Shown here piece by piece: positions 1 to 10,902 of a DNA stretch of 64,000 nucleotides (the first letter of the stretch is position 1; every line of letters begins with the position of its first letter). The notes beneath the pieces are model-generated. The model did not search any database. It was not told the origin of the DNA and was given only the letters and a program-made list of their open reading frames with translations. The stretch lies in assembly GCA_951406725.2 (NCBI GenBank), contig OX597815.1, forward strand, positions 160,208,001 through 160,272,000, read 5' to 3'. Source of the stretch: Octopus vulgaris. Its lineage: Eukaryota. A program made the position numbers and the translations under genes.

Positions 1-160
1 TATATGGGCTTCTTTCAGTTTTCCATCCACCAAATCCACTCACAAGGCTTTGGTCGGCCTGAGGCTATAGTAGAAGACACTTGCCTAAGGTGTCACACAG
101 TGGGACCAAACTCAGAACCATGTGGTTGGGAAGCAAACTTTTTACCCCACAGCCATGCCA
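1..160 (-). mobile_element. SINE family A (tRNA-derived, CORE-like), 5' part; truncated by window edge
   Basis: Reverse complement has a tRNA A-box-like GGCTGTGGGGTAA followed by CACCTTAGGCAAGTGTCTTCTACTATAGCC; similar blocks recur at ~6970, 17400, 50680, 54850 and 59075. Confidence 0.85.
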
Positions 161-687
161 CCACCTCTGGATAAACATCTTGAACACAAAACCTGTAAAC
201 TAACAAAATATTCGACAGATGTACCCCATTTCAGTTTATTTATTCGTTTACAACTTGAGATGACTGGGCCACCGTTTAGAGTTAAATACTTTGACCACAG
301 TTAGTGTGCAATGCTAATGATTAAATATAAATCAATAACCCTTTAGCTGTGGTTGTCATTATATAATAATAAAGTTAATTGTTGAAACAGTTATGGCTGA
401 GACTATGCAAAGATAAATAGTAATTGGCAATATCTAATTATGATTTTATAATGTGATTCACTCATACTATATTCCATGTAAGAAAACTAGAGGAGGGGAA
501 AAATATCTAATTATAAATATATAATTACATTTATATTTACTGAGCTGGAAAAGATGAGAGACAGTTATAAATGTTGTTATTTGAAAGACTAAAGAATAAT
601 CAGGCACCTATAACCGAAGAGATTTAGTCGTTTGTGTGAACAATATATAAACTAAATACAACAGATACTCAAGAAATTACTGACAAA

Positions 688-1089
688 AAGGCAGCAAGCT
701 GGCAGAAACGTTAGCACGCCGGGTGAAATGCTTAGCGGCATTTCGTCTGTCTATACATTCTGAGTTCAATTTCTACAGAGGTCAACTTTGCCTTTTGTCC
801 TTTCGGGGTTGATTAAATAAGTACCAGTTACACACTGGGGTCGATGTAATCGACTTAATCCGTTTGTCCCCTCTGTGTTTAGCCCCTTGTGGGTAGTAAG
901 GAAATAGGTATTTCGTCTGTCTTTACGTTCTGAGTTCAAATTCTGCCGAGGTCGACTTAGCCTTTCGTCCTTTTGAGGTCGATTAAATAAGTACCAGTTA
1001 CGCACTGGCGTTGATATAATTGACTTAATCCATTTGTCTGTCCTTGTTTGTCCCCTCTGTGTTTAGCCCCTTGTGGGCAGTAAAGAAAT
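688..1089 (+). mobile_element. SINE family B, dimeric form, with 17-bp TSD
   Basis: A-box-like TGGCAGAAACGTTAG; B-box-like GAGTTCAA(A)TT; central GCCTTT..TCCTTTCGGGGT.GAT.AAATAAGTACCAG domain. The second unit restarts at 907. Direct repeat AAGAAATTACTGACAAA at 671-687 and 1090-1106. Confidence 0.9.
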
Positions 1090-1194
1090 AAGAAATTACT
1101 GACAAATACAGCAGCTTCATAATTTCTAGAAAAGGATGGGGTAGTAACCTTTATAAAGAAGTTAGTAATTTTATAATATAATAATAATAATAAT

Positions 1195-1400
1195 GAAATT
1201 ATTATATACAGTGCTCAGGTGCACCACAACTTGTCAAAAGTGCATATAAAGTAAATGCAGTAATGTACAAATGGCTGGAAAGCAAACAGTGTATGAGTCA
1301 GATACATTCTTGCGTGTGTATGGAGGGGAGAAAATCAGGTGTAGTGTTGGCGAATCTCAGGAAGCATGGAAGTTTTAAAGGATGCAGTGCTCTGGCAGTT
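1195..1400 (-). mobile_element. Probable 3' end of a CR1/L2-like LINE
   Basis: Minus strand reads ...STASFKTSMLPEIRQHYT* followed by a short UTR and an (ATT)n tail; clade assignment is tentative. Confidence 0.35.
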
Positions 1401-1566
1401 TGTTCCATGCTTCAACTAAAATTAGAAAATCAAGTTCAGAATCTTTCAAGTAAAATAGACATGGCACCAATCAATTAATTAGTAAAGTAAGTTTTGAGCA
1501 TTTTGATTTTCATTTGTATTACTACAGATAAACCTTAATTCTTTTGTATTATTGTTAATGTTGTTG

Positions 1567-1601
<35 letters not shown>

Positions 1602-1602
<1 letters not shown>

Positions 1603-2180
1603 GGTTTGACTCAGGAACAGTCTTATTCTGGTAAGGTTTATGTGGGTAGTGAGTTACTACCTGTAACCTTAGGTATCCACAAGTTCTCAGTAGTCTTCCA
1701 AGTGCTTATAACTCTCCTGATTATTCTTGCTGTCCCTAAGAGACAAACTTTCTATAGGAGCTCTGCAGGGCATTCTATTCTAATCTCCTTCAGCCATTTG
1801 TCAATATCTTTGCTTACTGTTCTCAATGCACCAATTATTATAGACACAACCTTTATTGTTCACATGCTTCAAATTTTTCCTATTTCAAATTTTAAGGGAT
1901 TGTTTTTTTTTCTTTTGTTTTTCGTCCTCTTTCTTCACAATCTTGGAATCAAATGGGCATGATGGGTTGATTAGTAAGCAACTTTACTTTTCCTTATCTA
2001 TGACTGTTATATCCAGTCTATTATTTTTATAACTTTCTGTCTGTTTGAAGAGGACAGTCCTACAAAATCTTACATTTCTCTGATTCTAGTACTCTTTGAT
2101 CCAATGATTGTACAATGTTTTCAGCTTCAAATCCCCATTTCTGGCAAAGTTTCCTGTGTAAAGTTTTTACAACCTGATCG
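1602..2180 (-). mobile_element. Degraded R4/Dong-clade LINE 3' fragment (family R4-a)
   Basis: Minus-strand peptides IKNNRLDITVIDKEK (RLE R-P-D motif variant) and KVCLLGTARIIRRVIST; the 3' end abuts (TAA)n at 1570-1601. Confidence 0.65.
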
Positions 2181-2230
2181 TGCCTCCATTTCTTATATTC
2201 TATTATTATTATTATTATCATTATTATTAT

Positions 2231-3800
2231 TCCATGTTTGACTTTTGCTTTACATTTTCACAAGCTGGCTCCAAGTCTCACCCAGAGACCTCAAGAGATA
2301 ACAGGTTGGAAGTTCTTGTTAGTGTTATGCCTAAGGTGCCATATATTTGGTTTTGTGCTTAGTGTTGTACTAGTGAATGCCTTAAAAACCATATGAAAAT
2401 TATGTTTGTCTTAAAACTTGAGATTACATTGAAAGTATTTTGCGTAGGATATGAGCAGTTCCCGTGAACACTATCTTTTGAATTTCTGCCATTTTGGGGT
2501 TTCCTGGTATCTGAATTAGGTAGCAATCAGCCCCTTTTGCTATCATTTCCAGGGCACCTATGACAACAGGTACTGTTTTAGTCTTTAGGTTCCACATTTT
2601 GCTGATTTCTATTTCCAGATCTTTACATTTGCTCAGTTTCTGGTAGGTCTTGACAGATATCGATTGGGACAGTCATATCAATGAGGAGGCATGTTTTTTG
2701 CCTGAAGACTTTTACTATGATGTCTGGCCTATTCGCATCTATCTTTCTGTCAGTTTGACAATATGATCAATGGTTTCATTTTGTTGTTGACATACACGAC
2801 ATGTTGGGCTACTGCCATTCTTTAATATGTTGGCCTGGTAGTTCCTTGTAGGTAGACATTGATCTTGAGCTGCTATGATAAAGCCTTCTGTTTCAGATTT
2901 TAAGCCAGAGGCCATTAGCCATTGATGGGTCAGTGCTTTGTCAACATCTGCATTATTCGCTCTCTTTGGGTATTTGCCATTGAGAGGTTTTTCTTGCCAT
3001 TTATCATTCAGAATATCTAAGGCAGCAGTTTTAGCACGGGTTTTCATGCGCTTAGCTTTTTCTGTGCTTGTTTCTTGTATGTCTAATTCCGAAATTTGTT
3101 GTATTCGGAATTCACTTAGATATTCCTTTGCCTGTTTTGTTACTGAGTATGATGCTTTCTTGTTTTCATGTTTTGAGACAAGTTTTAACATCCAGTCCTC
3201 AAAGTTTTTCAGGTAGGTGTCTAGGCCAATTGTAACAATCTTCATTGTTATTGCCAGTTGTAAAAGTCCACGGCCTCCCTCTTTTCTTGGCAGATAAAGT
3301 CGTTCTATATCTGCCTTAGGGTGGTGCATTCTATGCATTGTCAACAGTTTTCGTATTTTTCTGTCAAGATTACATATTTCAGTAATTGACCAGTTAACGA
3401 TATTGAAACTAAGTCATGACTGGTATGGCTAAAGCATTGATTGCTTCGATCCTGTTTCTCACATTCAGCTCTGTCTTGAGCATTGCTCTTACTCTGCGAT
3501 AACATTCTCTCCTGATCCCTTCCTTCATCACTGAATGCCTTATTCCGTCCCCTTCAATTACCCCTAGGTACTTGTAGCTCTCCGCTGGGTCTAACTCTTT
3601 TATGACATTCTGCTGGTCGAGGTAAACGTTAGATGTTTCTATCATTTTTCCTTTGATAAATGTAGCTTTTGCACATTTATCGAGGCCAAATTGCATTCTG
3701 ATGTCATCACTGAATTGTTTAACAATCGTTAGTAAGCCCTTGAGTTGTTTGTCATTTTTTGCAAAGAGCTTTAAATCATCGATGTAAATGATGAGATGAA
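2231..3800 (-). mobile_element. 5'-truncated R4/Dong-clade non-LTR retrotransposon (RT C-terminal half, zinc knuckle, RLE), pseudogenised (family R4-b)
   Basis: YIDDLKLFA (RT motif C), FGLDKCA, YKYLG, RLYLPRKEGGRGL, ETEGFIIAAQDQ, CRVC...ETIDHIV, then ANRPDII, IDMTVP and ...GTAHILRKILSM* (stop ~2424). Frameshifts and an internal deletion after HIV. (TAA)n on both sides. Confidence 0.9.
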
Positions 3801-3823
3801 TATTATTATTATTATTATTATTA

Positions 3824-4380
3824 TTGAGTGAGAGAGCAGTGCATGCCATCAAAGTGACACTGGGGTAAAAAATACGAAACCCAGTATACCCATCATGACT
3901 ACCCGTCTGATAAGAGTACACCAGACCCATGCATCATAACCATATGTGCGCTTCATGGTGATCTCATATCAAGATAAACAGCACATGACCTTGCAGGTGG
4001 GGCCCAGTTAGAATTTTCTTCTGGTCGAGTAACCCATCCTGCTCAAAAGGTACCTGAATAAGGGTTGTTTAAGGATGTTGAACGAAACACCCATGTTTCC
4101 AGAGGTGAATTATTCAAACCCCAAAGAGTCCCTCTCAACACATGGCTATGATGCTCCCCCACTACTTCTGCTCATGATCAGAGATGCACATATCGTCAGC
4201 CACTAAGGGACATGGTCAACTGGTTAAGGTCAAACAACTGACAAGCAAATCTGTGGTATTGAGCAGAATATTTGCTGTAGCCCATCTTTTATACCAAGAC
4301 AAAACAATGTACATGATAACACTTCCAATCAGTTTAGATGAGAAGCCATGAGAGCCACTGCCTGGTACTGCATCAGGGCA
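3824..4380 (-). mobile_element. Family E non-coding retroposon embedded in (TAA)n
   Basis: Homologous copies at 24244-24770 and 58201-58637 and a fragment at 28958-29110. Constant end ...CTCTCACTCAA(TAA)n; the other end is variable. Confidence 0.85.
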
Positions 4381-4402
4381 TTTATTATTATTATTATTAT
4401 TA

Positions 4403-4460
<58 letters not shown>

Positions 4461-4481
4461 CATTATCATCATCATCATTAT
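4381..4481. repeat. (TTA)n/(TCA)n microsatellite
   Basis: Direct reading; explains the poly-Ile ORFs. Confidence 0.95.
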
Positions 4482-4484
4482 TAA

Positions 4485-4696
4485 AGGCAGTGAGTTGGCA
4501 GAATCGTTACTGCACTGGATGAAATGCTTAGCAGCATTTAGTCTATCTTTATCTTCTGAGTTCAAATTCCACCAAGGTTGCCTTTGCTTTTTATCCTTTT
4601 GGATTTAATAAATCAAATGCCAGTTATGCACTGGGTTCTATGTAATTAACTAGCTCCTGCCCACTAAAAATTTCCAGCCTTGTGCTTATAGAAAGG

Positions 4697-4753
<57 letters not shown>

Positions 4754-4780
4754 GTTATTGTTGTTTTTGTTGTTGTTATT
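4485..4780 (+). mobile_element. SINE family B (variant tail) with (TTA/TTG)n tail
   Basis: GGCAGTGAGTTGGCAGAATCGTTA head, GAGTTCAAATTCC B-box, ...GAAAGGATTATTATT end. Confidence 0.75.
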
Positions 4781-4955
4781 CAGTTCCATATTTAAGAGAT
4801 GAGGAATTATGTACATTATTTACTTTTGACGGAAATTTTGTCCTCGTCTTGTTTGTTGTTAACACAACATTTCGGCTGATATACCCTCCAGCCTTCATCA
4901 GGTGTTTTGGGGAAATTTCGAACCTGGGTTCTCATTCCTAAGGTATTTTTCGATG
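4781..4955 (-). mobile_element. Short Penelope-pLTR/retrozyme-like element carrying a hammerhead motif
   Basis: Contains the hammerhead core at 4861-4906 and lies between TTA-type repeats; element class is inferred from the known association of minimal hammerheads with Penelope-like elements. Confidence 0.55.
4861..4906 (-). ncRNA. Minimal type I hammerhead ribozyme motif
   Basis: Minus strand: AACAC-CTGATGA-A-GGCTG-gagggtatat-CAGCC-GAAA-TG-TT-GTGTT. Stem I is AACAC/GTGTT, stem II is GGCTG/CAGCC, and the CUGANGA and GAAA core boxes are intact. Confidence 0.7.
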
Positions 4956-4967
4956 TTATTATTACAT

Positions 4968-5320
4968 TGACTCTGGCACATGACTGGTATTTATTTTATT
5001 GACCCCAAAAGGCAAAGTCAGCCTCAGCAGAATTTGAACTCAGAACTTAGGATTAAATACCACTAAGCATTTCGTCCAGCATGCAAACAATTCTGCTGGC
5101 CTGCTGCCTTAGTAATAATAGTTTCAACTGACTTACCCCTTCCCTCGAAATTACTGGCCTTGTACCAAAATTTGAAACCATTATTATTGTTATTATTATT
5201 AAAGTAGCAAGCTGGCAGAATCACTAGCATGCCAAACAAAATGTTTAGTGGCATTTTGTCTGCACTTATATTCTGAATTCAAATTCTGCCGAGGTGAACT
5301 TTACCATAAATCACTTTGGG
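4968..5320. mobile_element. Cluster of degraded SINE B fragments (both strands)
   Basis: Minus-strand head at ~5030-5110 (GAATTTGAACTCAGAAC) and plus-strand head at ~5200-5320. Confidence 0.65.
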
Positions 5321-5569
5321 GTGAATTCGTGTATTCTTTTATTGTTTTACTTGTTTCAGTCATTTGACTGCAGCCATGCTGGAGCACTGCTTTTAGTCAA
5401 AGAAATCAACCCCAGGACTTATTCTCTGTAAGTCTAGTACTTATTCTATCAGTCTCTTTTGCTGAACTGCTAAGCTACAGAGACATAAACATATAAACAT
5501 CGGTTGTCAGGCAATGGTCGGGGACAATCACAGACACACAAATACATACATACATATATATATACATAT

Positions 5570-5654
<85 letters not shown>

Positions 5655-5658
<4 letters not shown>

Positions 5659-6917
5659 GTTGGCAACTAAGTTCCTGCCGTTTTTTTTAATTTAAAATTT
5701 TTAAAAGGTTTAATAAAAAATAGCAACTAATTAATCAATAATATATTCCCCCTTGTTGTTTACAACTTCTTCCCAATGTTCAACAAGATTTTCAATACTT
5801 TGTTGGTGGAAATCACCCGATTTCGTCTCGCAAAATTGATCCAACAAAGCTCTCAATTCTGCATCAGTATTGAATGAAACTCTGCGCATAGCATTTGGAA
5901 AAGATTGAAAGAGGTGGAAATCTGTTGGTGCCAAATCAGGAGAGTACAGTGGGTGTGGCAGCACTTCCCAGTCGTGCGTTTGAATGCCTTCTTTGGTCAT
6001 ATTGATGATAAGAGGGCGGGTGTTGTCGTGCAGCAAAAGAACTCCATGCTGCCAATTAGGTCTTTTCTCTTGAATAGCCATTTTGAGTCATTCCATTTGT
6101 TGAACATAGAGTTCTGCCTTGACCATTTGGTTCCGTTCAAGCAATTTGTAATGGATAATCACTTCCCAGTCCCACCATATGCACAACATCGTTTTACGTG
6201 GATGAAGATCTTGTTTCACACAAGGTGTCGCTTGTTTACCTAGGCTAAGCCATTCCTTACGCTGCTTCATATTGATGTACAGGCACCATTTTTCGTTACC
6301 AGTAATGATTCTGTAAAGAAATCGTTGCTTGTGTTCATGAGTTGAGCCGTGACGAGCAAGCAGCCCAGCGGAGATTGTGGTTCGTTGATTTTTGTTGTTG
6401 TCACTTAAAGCATGTGGAACCCATGCTCCATATTTCTGAAACTTTCTCATCAAATGAAGATGCTTCTCTATAGCAGTGTGGTGGTGCATTCCATTTTCTC
6501 TGCCAGTTCCCTCGTCGTTTGATGAGAACTTTTGTGCAAAAGTCGGTTTAATTGAGTCATAGGACTCAACTGGATGGCCAGAACGAGGTGTGTCTTTAAG
6601 ATCAATATTTCCATTTTTGAACTTCACATACCAATCACGAGCAGTTCTTTCAGCTATGGCACCCTTACCATACACAGCACAAGTGTCGTAAGCAGCTTTT
6701 ATGGCCTTAGAGCCTTGATTAAAAGCAAAAAGGAGGTATCAAAATGCTTGTTTTTCTTAAGTTGACATTCCATTTTAATGATCTGAAAATAAACAAAAAT
6801 TAACTAATAAATAACAAAATGATTCAAAAATAGAATTCTCGAAAACTATAGATTCCAAAATTTAAAAACGCAATAAATTCCAAAATTTAAAAAAACAGCG
6901 GGAACTTAGTTGCCAAC

Positions 6918-6921
<4 letters not shown>
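5655..6921 (-). mobile_element. Full-length mariner transposon (mellifera-subfamily-like), inactive
   Basis: TIRs TTGGGTTGGCAACTAAGTTCC at 5655 and its reverse complement ending at 6921; TA on both sides; ~1.27 kb. Confidence 0.95.
5731..6773 (-). pseudogene. Mariner DD34D transposase pseudogene
   Basis: MECQLKKNKHF..., WVPHAL, ITGNEKW (first catalytic Asp changed to Asn), LLHDN, YSPDLAPTDFHLF, ...GEYIID*; frameshifts and an internal stop. Confidence 0.92.
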
Positions 6922-6969
<48 letters not shown>

Positions 6970-7134
6970 CGATAGGCTTCTTTCAGTTTTCGTCTACCAA
7001 ATCCACTGACAAAGCTTTGGTTGGTCCGAGGCTACAGTAAAAGACACTTGCCCAAGGTGCCACACAGTGGGACTGAACCTGGAATTAAGTGACTGGGAAG
7101 CAAGCTTCTTACCACACAGCCACACCTGTGCCTT

Positions 7135-7540
7135 ATGTTCCTAGTTCAAATTCTACTGAGGTCAACTTTGACTTTCATCCTTTTGGGGTTGATAAAATAA
7201 GTACCAGTGAAGCACTGGAGTTGTGGTAATTGACTATCCCCCTCCTACAAAATTTCTGGCCTTGTTCCAATAATGGATAAAATTGTTCATTTTCTTTGTA
7301 TTATTCTTATTGATATTATAAGGCGGCGAGCTGGTAGAATCGCTAGCACGCCGGGTGAAATACTTAGCTGCATTTCATCTCTCTCTATGTTCTGAGTTCA
7401 AATTCCACTGAGGTTGACTTTACCTTTCATCCTTTCAGGGTCGATAAATTAAGTACCAGTTGCATACTAGGGTTGATCTAACTGACTGGCCTCCTCCCTC
7501 AAAATTTCAAGCCTTGGGCTTAGAATAGAAAAGACGATTA
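7135..7540 (+). mobile_element. Two SINE B copies (partial 7135-7270; full 7321-7540)
   Basis: GGCGGCGAGCTGGTAGAATCGCTAGCACGCC head, B-box and TTTCATCCTTT domain. Confidence 0.8.
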
Positions 7541-9467
7541 TTTTTATTATTTTATTTTATTATCGATCCACTGTCATTGTCCAAACAATTGAAAAGAGGT
7601 GGAAACCTGAAATGTATTGGGAAAGTGACTTTGTTTGGTGTATATTTGGAAGAGCAGTAAAGTTTTCTTTTATAAGCAATATATTTTTAGGGTTTTATAC
7701 AATAACAAAAAATGAGGGTGTACTCAGAAGTATTAATTGAATTCTAATTATGCATAATTACAAATGTATCAAGTAGGATATGAATAAAAACAAAGGGATA
7801 ACAATGAAGATAAATGTAAGGAGGATATCAAGGAGGAATGCATGACAATTGTGAAGATAACAGTGATAATGGTAATGATTATGATGGTGATGATGATAAT
7901 GATGATGACGACGGTAATGTTGATGATGATGGTGCTGGATGATGATGATCACAGCAACAATGTTGATGACAATGAGGAGGGGAGGAGGACAAAACTGGGT
8001 TTTTTTTTTTTTAAGTTGAGAATTGTCTACGTGTGCATTTAAAAGTATTTAATAGGTTTGTTTTTTGAGTTTTTTTCTATATAGTAACAAAAAAAAAAAA
8101 AATTAAATATTTCAGTTAATTTTTTCAGGTTTACTTGACAATCAATTTTCTGCAAAAGTTTTCAAGCTGTAATTATGATAAAAAGGATTGAAAGAACATG
8201 AAGAAGATACGAGCTCATAACTTTTACTTTCTAGAAATGAAGAAATAGAATAAACAATTAATTGATTTTAGTGTCTCCTTAAGCTATTGTAGGTCATGAA
8301 TGGAAGTAAATACAGATGACATCTGTGTGGTAAAGAAATGAAGAAAATATAGTCGTTAGCTAGTGAATATATCCATTCTATTTTTTGATTACTTTTCAAT
8401 TTTATTGATTAGTAACCATGCTGTAAATTAGAAATTCAAGTTGTTATTATTTTCATTACTCAAATTATGCTTCTAAATAAAAGCAAAAATGTAAAAGTGA
8501 ACAAATGGTTTTATTCTCATAACAGATTTTCTAGCTAATAAAATGTGAGAAGACAATCTATTAAAAAAAAATCACGGAGATACAAAAAAAAAAAAAAGAA
8601 AGGGGGAAAAAAAAAAACTAAAGCTCCAATTTATTAAATGATTTTAGCACAATGTACATTGGAAGTTCAAAGAAAATTTATTGGAAACTAACAACAGTAT
8701 TTCGCAAAATATTTCAATGGACATTGGTTCATTTTTGCTAACATACAACTTTCAATGGAATTGATGTTTGTAACATTGATAGTTATTCTGTTAGTCAATA
8801 GCACTGTTTCATAAACCATCATTATAAGATCTCTATAAACTACTTTTACATACTAAATATTTATCAGTGTTAAATCATGAACAAGGCAATTGATTTTGAA
8901 GCAAATAAAGAATTAAACTACATTCATTCATTATTCGTTAATAGTTATCTGTTTAGTATGTTTCTTGAGAAATGGAATTTAATTGCTATAAATTATAACA
9001 CTTTTATTTAAGGAATTGTGCTACTTTTTTCAGAGCCATTCTTCGTGGTTTGAATAATAGGAAGCTTGAATTTATTTGTAGATGTGAATAATTCTTCTGT
9101 ATAGCCTTGTATTGTATTTCTGACTTATTTTATTTGCAAATCCAAAGATGAGAAACAACTATGCACAGATTTTCTTTAATTGCTGGATTTGGAGGAACAA
9201 CAGTGCCCATGGCTTTTGCAAATCCTCAAAGACAGGGTAGATTGATGCCATTAATGTTCCTCCTGAATATTGGCAAAATGACACTTGTAGGAAATACATA
9301 AGTAGTGAATGAATTGTAGAGAGTTGTTGATCTGAGATTAAGTAATCAATGCAAGGCTTGGAGCTTCATGGCATTCCACCCAATATATATCTTCTCCTTG
9401 AATGGAAAATGATAATATTGGGTGATGTGAAGGTATCTAAAATTTCTTTTAAAGTATAGTTTATTAA

Positions 9468-9722
9468 GTGGAGGCGCATGGCTTAGTGGTTAGGGTATCA
9501 GCACCATGATCGTAAGATTGTGGTTTCGATTCCTGGACTGGGTGATGCATTGTGTTCTTGAGCAAAACATTTCATTTCACATTGCTCCAGTCCACTCACC
9601 TGGCAAAAATGAGTAATGCTGCGATGGACTGGCGTCCGTCCAGCTGGGGAACACATACGCCATAGAAACTGGGAAACCGGGCCCATGAGCCTGGCTAGGC
9701 TTCATAAGGGCCATTTCTATTT
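9468..9722 (+). mobile_element. tRNA-derived SINE family C with V-domain-like motif; 11-bp TSD
   Basis: TGGCTTAGTGGTTAG A-box, GGTTTCGATTCC B-box, CTGCGATGGACTGGCGTCCGTCCAG; TATAGTTTATT at 9455-9465 and 9724-9734. Confidence 0.85.
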
Positions 9723-9780
9723 TTATAGTTTATTTAATATTACCATATAACAATGAAAATATCATAGGAAATTATTAATT

Positions 9781-10902
9781 GGGCAATTCCACGCAAAAGA
9801 AGATAAAAACTGAAAAATTATAATAAAACTGTGCTACCATGATTTAAGTATTTTTATGTTCCCATAAGCCAATAGGATTCAAAAAAGTATCAAAAAGTAA
9901 ATAGAAAAAATCTGCAGGCCTGCTGTCTTGTGACTAGGGCAGCCATCTTGCAGCCAGTCTTGAAGATGACAATTTGACTTCAAGGACAAAAGGTAGGTAT
10001 CCAGTTCCATCCTAGAAAAAAATTAACTTTCCATCTTGCAAAGATATATTTTCAGGAGGAACTAGAGTAAAACTACAGTTTGGCAGCATTATTTTTTTGA
10101 ATTTACTGTGGCCATTAAAATTTGTTGCATCAGTTACATTTTGGCATTATAAATTTAGTCTACAAAATCCTGACAAATAATTACTTTAAAGCAATGCAAC
10201 TATTATGACATGCTGTAAGGGGGAATATTATTCTTATACACAGTACTTTATATTTTCAGTTACATGTACCTGCTTGTGCACTGTTTATGGAAATTTCAGT
10301 CACATTATGTTTAAGAAATGTTATTTAGAACTTTGTGTTCAAGTGCAGCACACATTTTGAATACACAGTGTGTACTTTTACCCTTTGATCAATTCCTCAT
10401 GTTCCTCATTGATAAGAATAAAAATATAGAATACTAATTGGTACCCGAGTCCCAGTGTTGCACCAGTTACACATTTCTAGGTGGAAATGTTGCATCACTT
10501 ACGTGTACCTGTTGTGTCAGTTATATATTACCAAAGGCACTGCATGTATTAAGCTATAATATTGGATATGAAAGCATGTATAACATCCATACCACTTCCA
10601 GTTTCTTTTGATATAAAAATTGTTTGCACATGTAAATTTTCTGCACAGAGTTTCCAGCATAAGTGCCACCAAGTCAGATATCATGTCTTTTTTCCACTGC
10701 GCCAGTTATGCAAGTATTTATTCTCTCTAAGACAAACTAGTTCAAACATAGAATTTCAGTTCATATGTAGCAATATTAATGGGCCACAGCAGTTAAAGTA
10801 TTCATGGGTCATTACATTTCAGTTAGCTTAAGTAAGATGCCAGGACATTTTTAGTATTAGAAAATTCTTGTAAATGCTGCCTCGGTTATGATAGAATTGC
10901 CC
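9781..10902. mobile_element. Putative non-autonomous TIR DNA transposon (Sola2-like termini)
   Basis: GGGCAATTCCA ... TAGAATTGCCC inverted termini with AATT on both sides (4-bp TSD); no intact ORF. Confidence 0.5.

Larger units (their letters stand above)
5333..7132 (-). mobile_element. SINE family A split by a mariner insertion in its internal (TA)n
   Basis: 3' half at 5333-5560 and 5' half at 6968-7132 together match the intact copies at 17157-17535 and 58815-59233. Confidence 0.85.

Noticed and set aside
1552-1962. ORF with a signal-peptide-like poly-Leu N-terminus
   Set aside because: The poly-Leu is (TTA)n; the remainder is antisense to a decayed R4 LINE.
3409-3930. Apparent fusion protein: novel N-terminus, poly-Asn and RT
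   Set aside because: Chance read-through of family E, the (AAT)n target repeat and the truncated R4-b RT.
9034-9330. Possible exon after TTTTTTCAG
   Set aside because: All three frames hit stops soon after the acceptor; no recognisable domain; more likely a decayed transposon.
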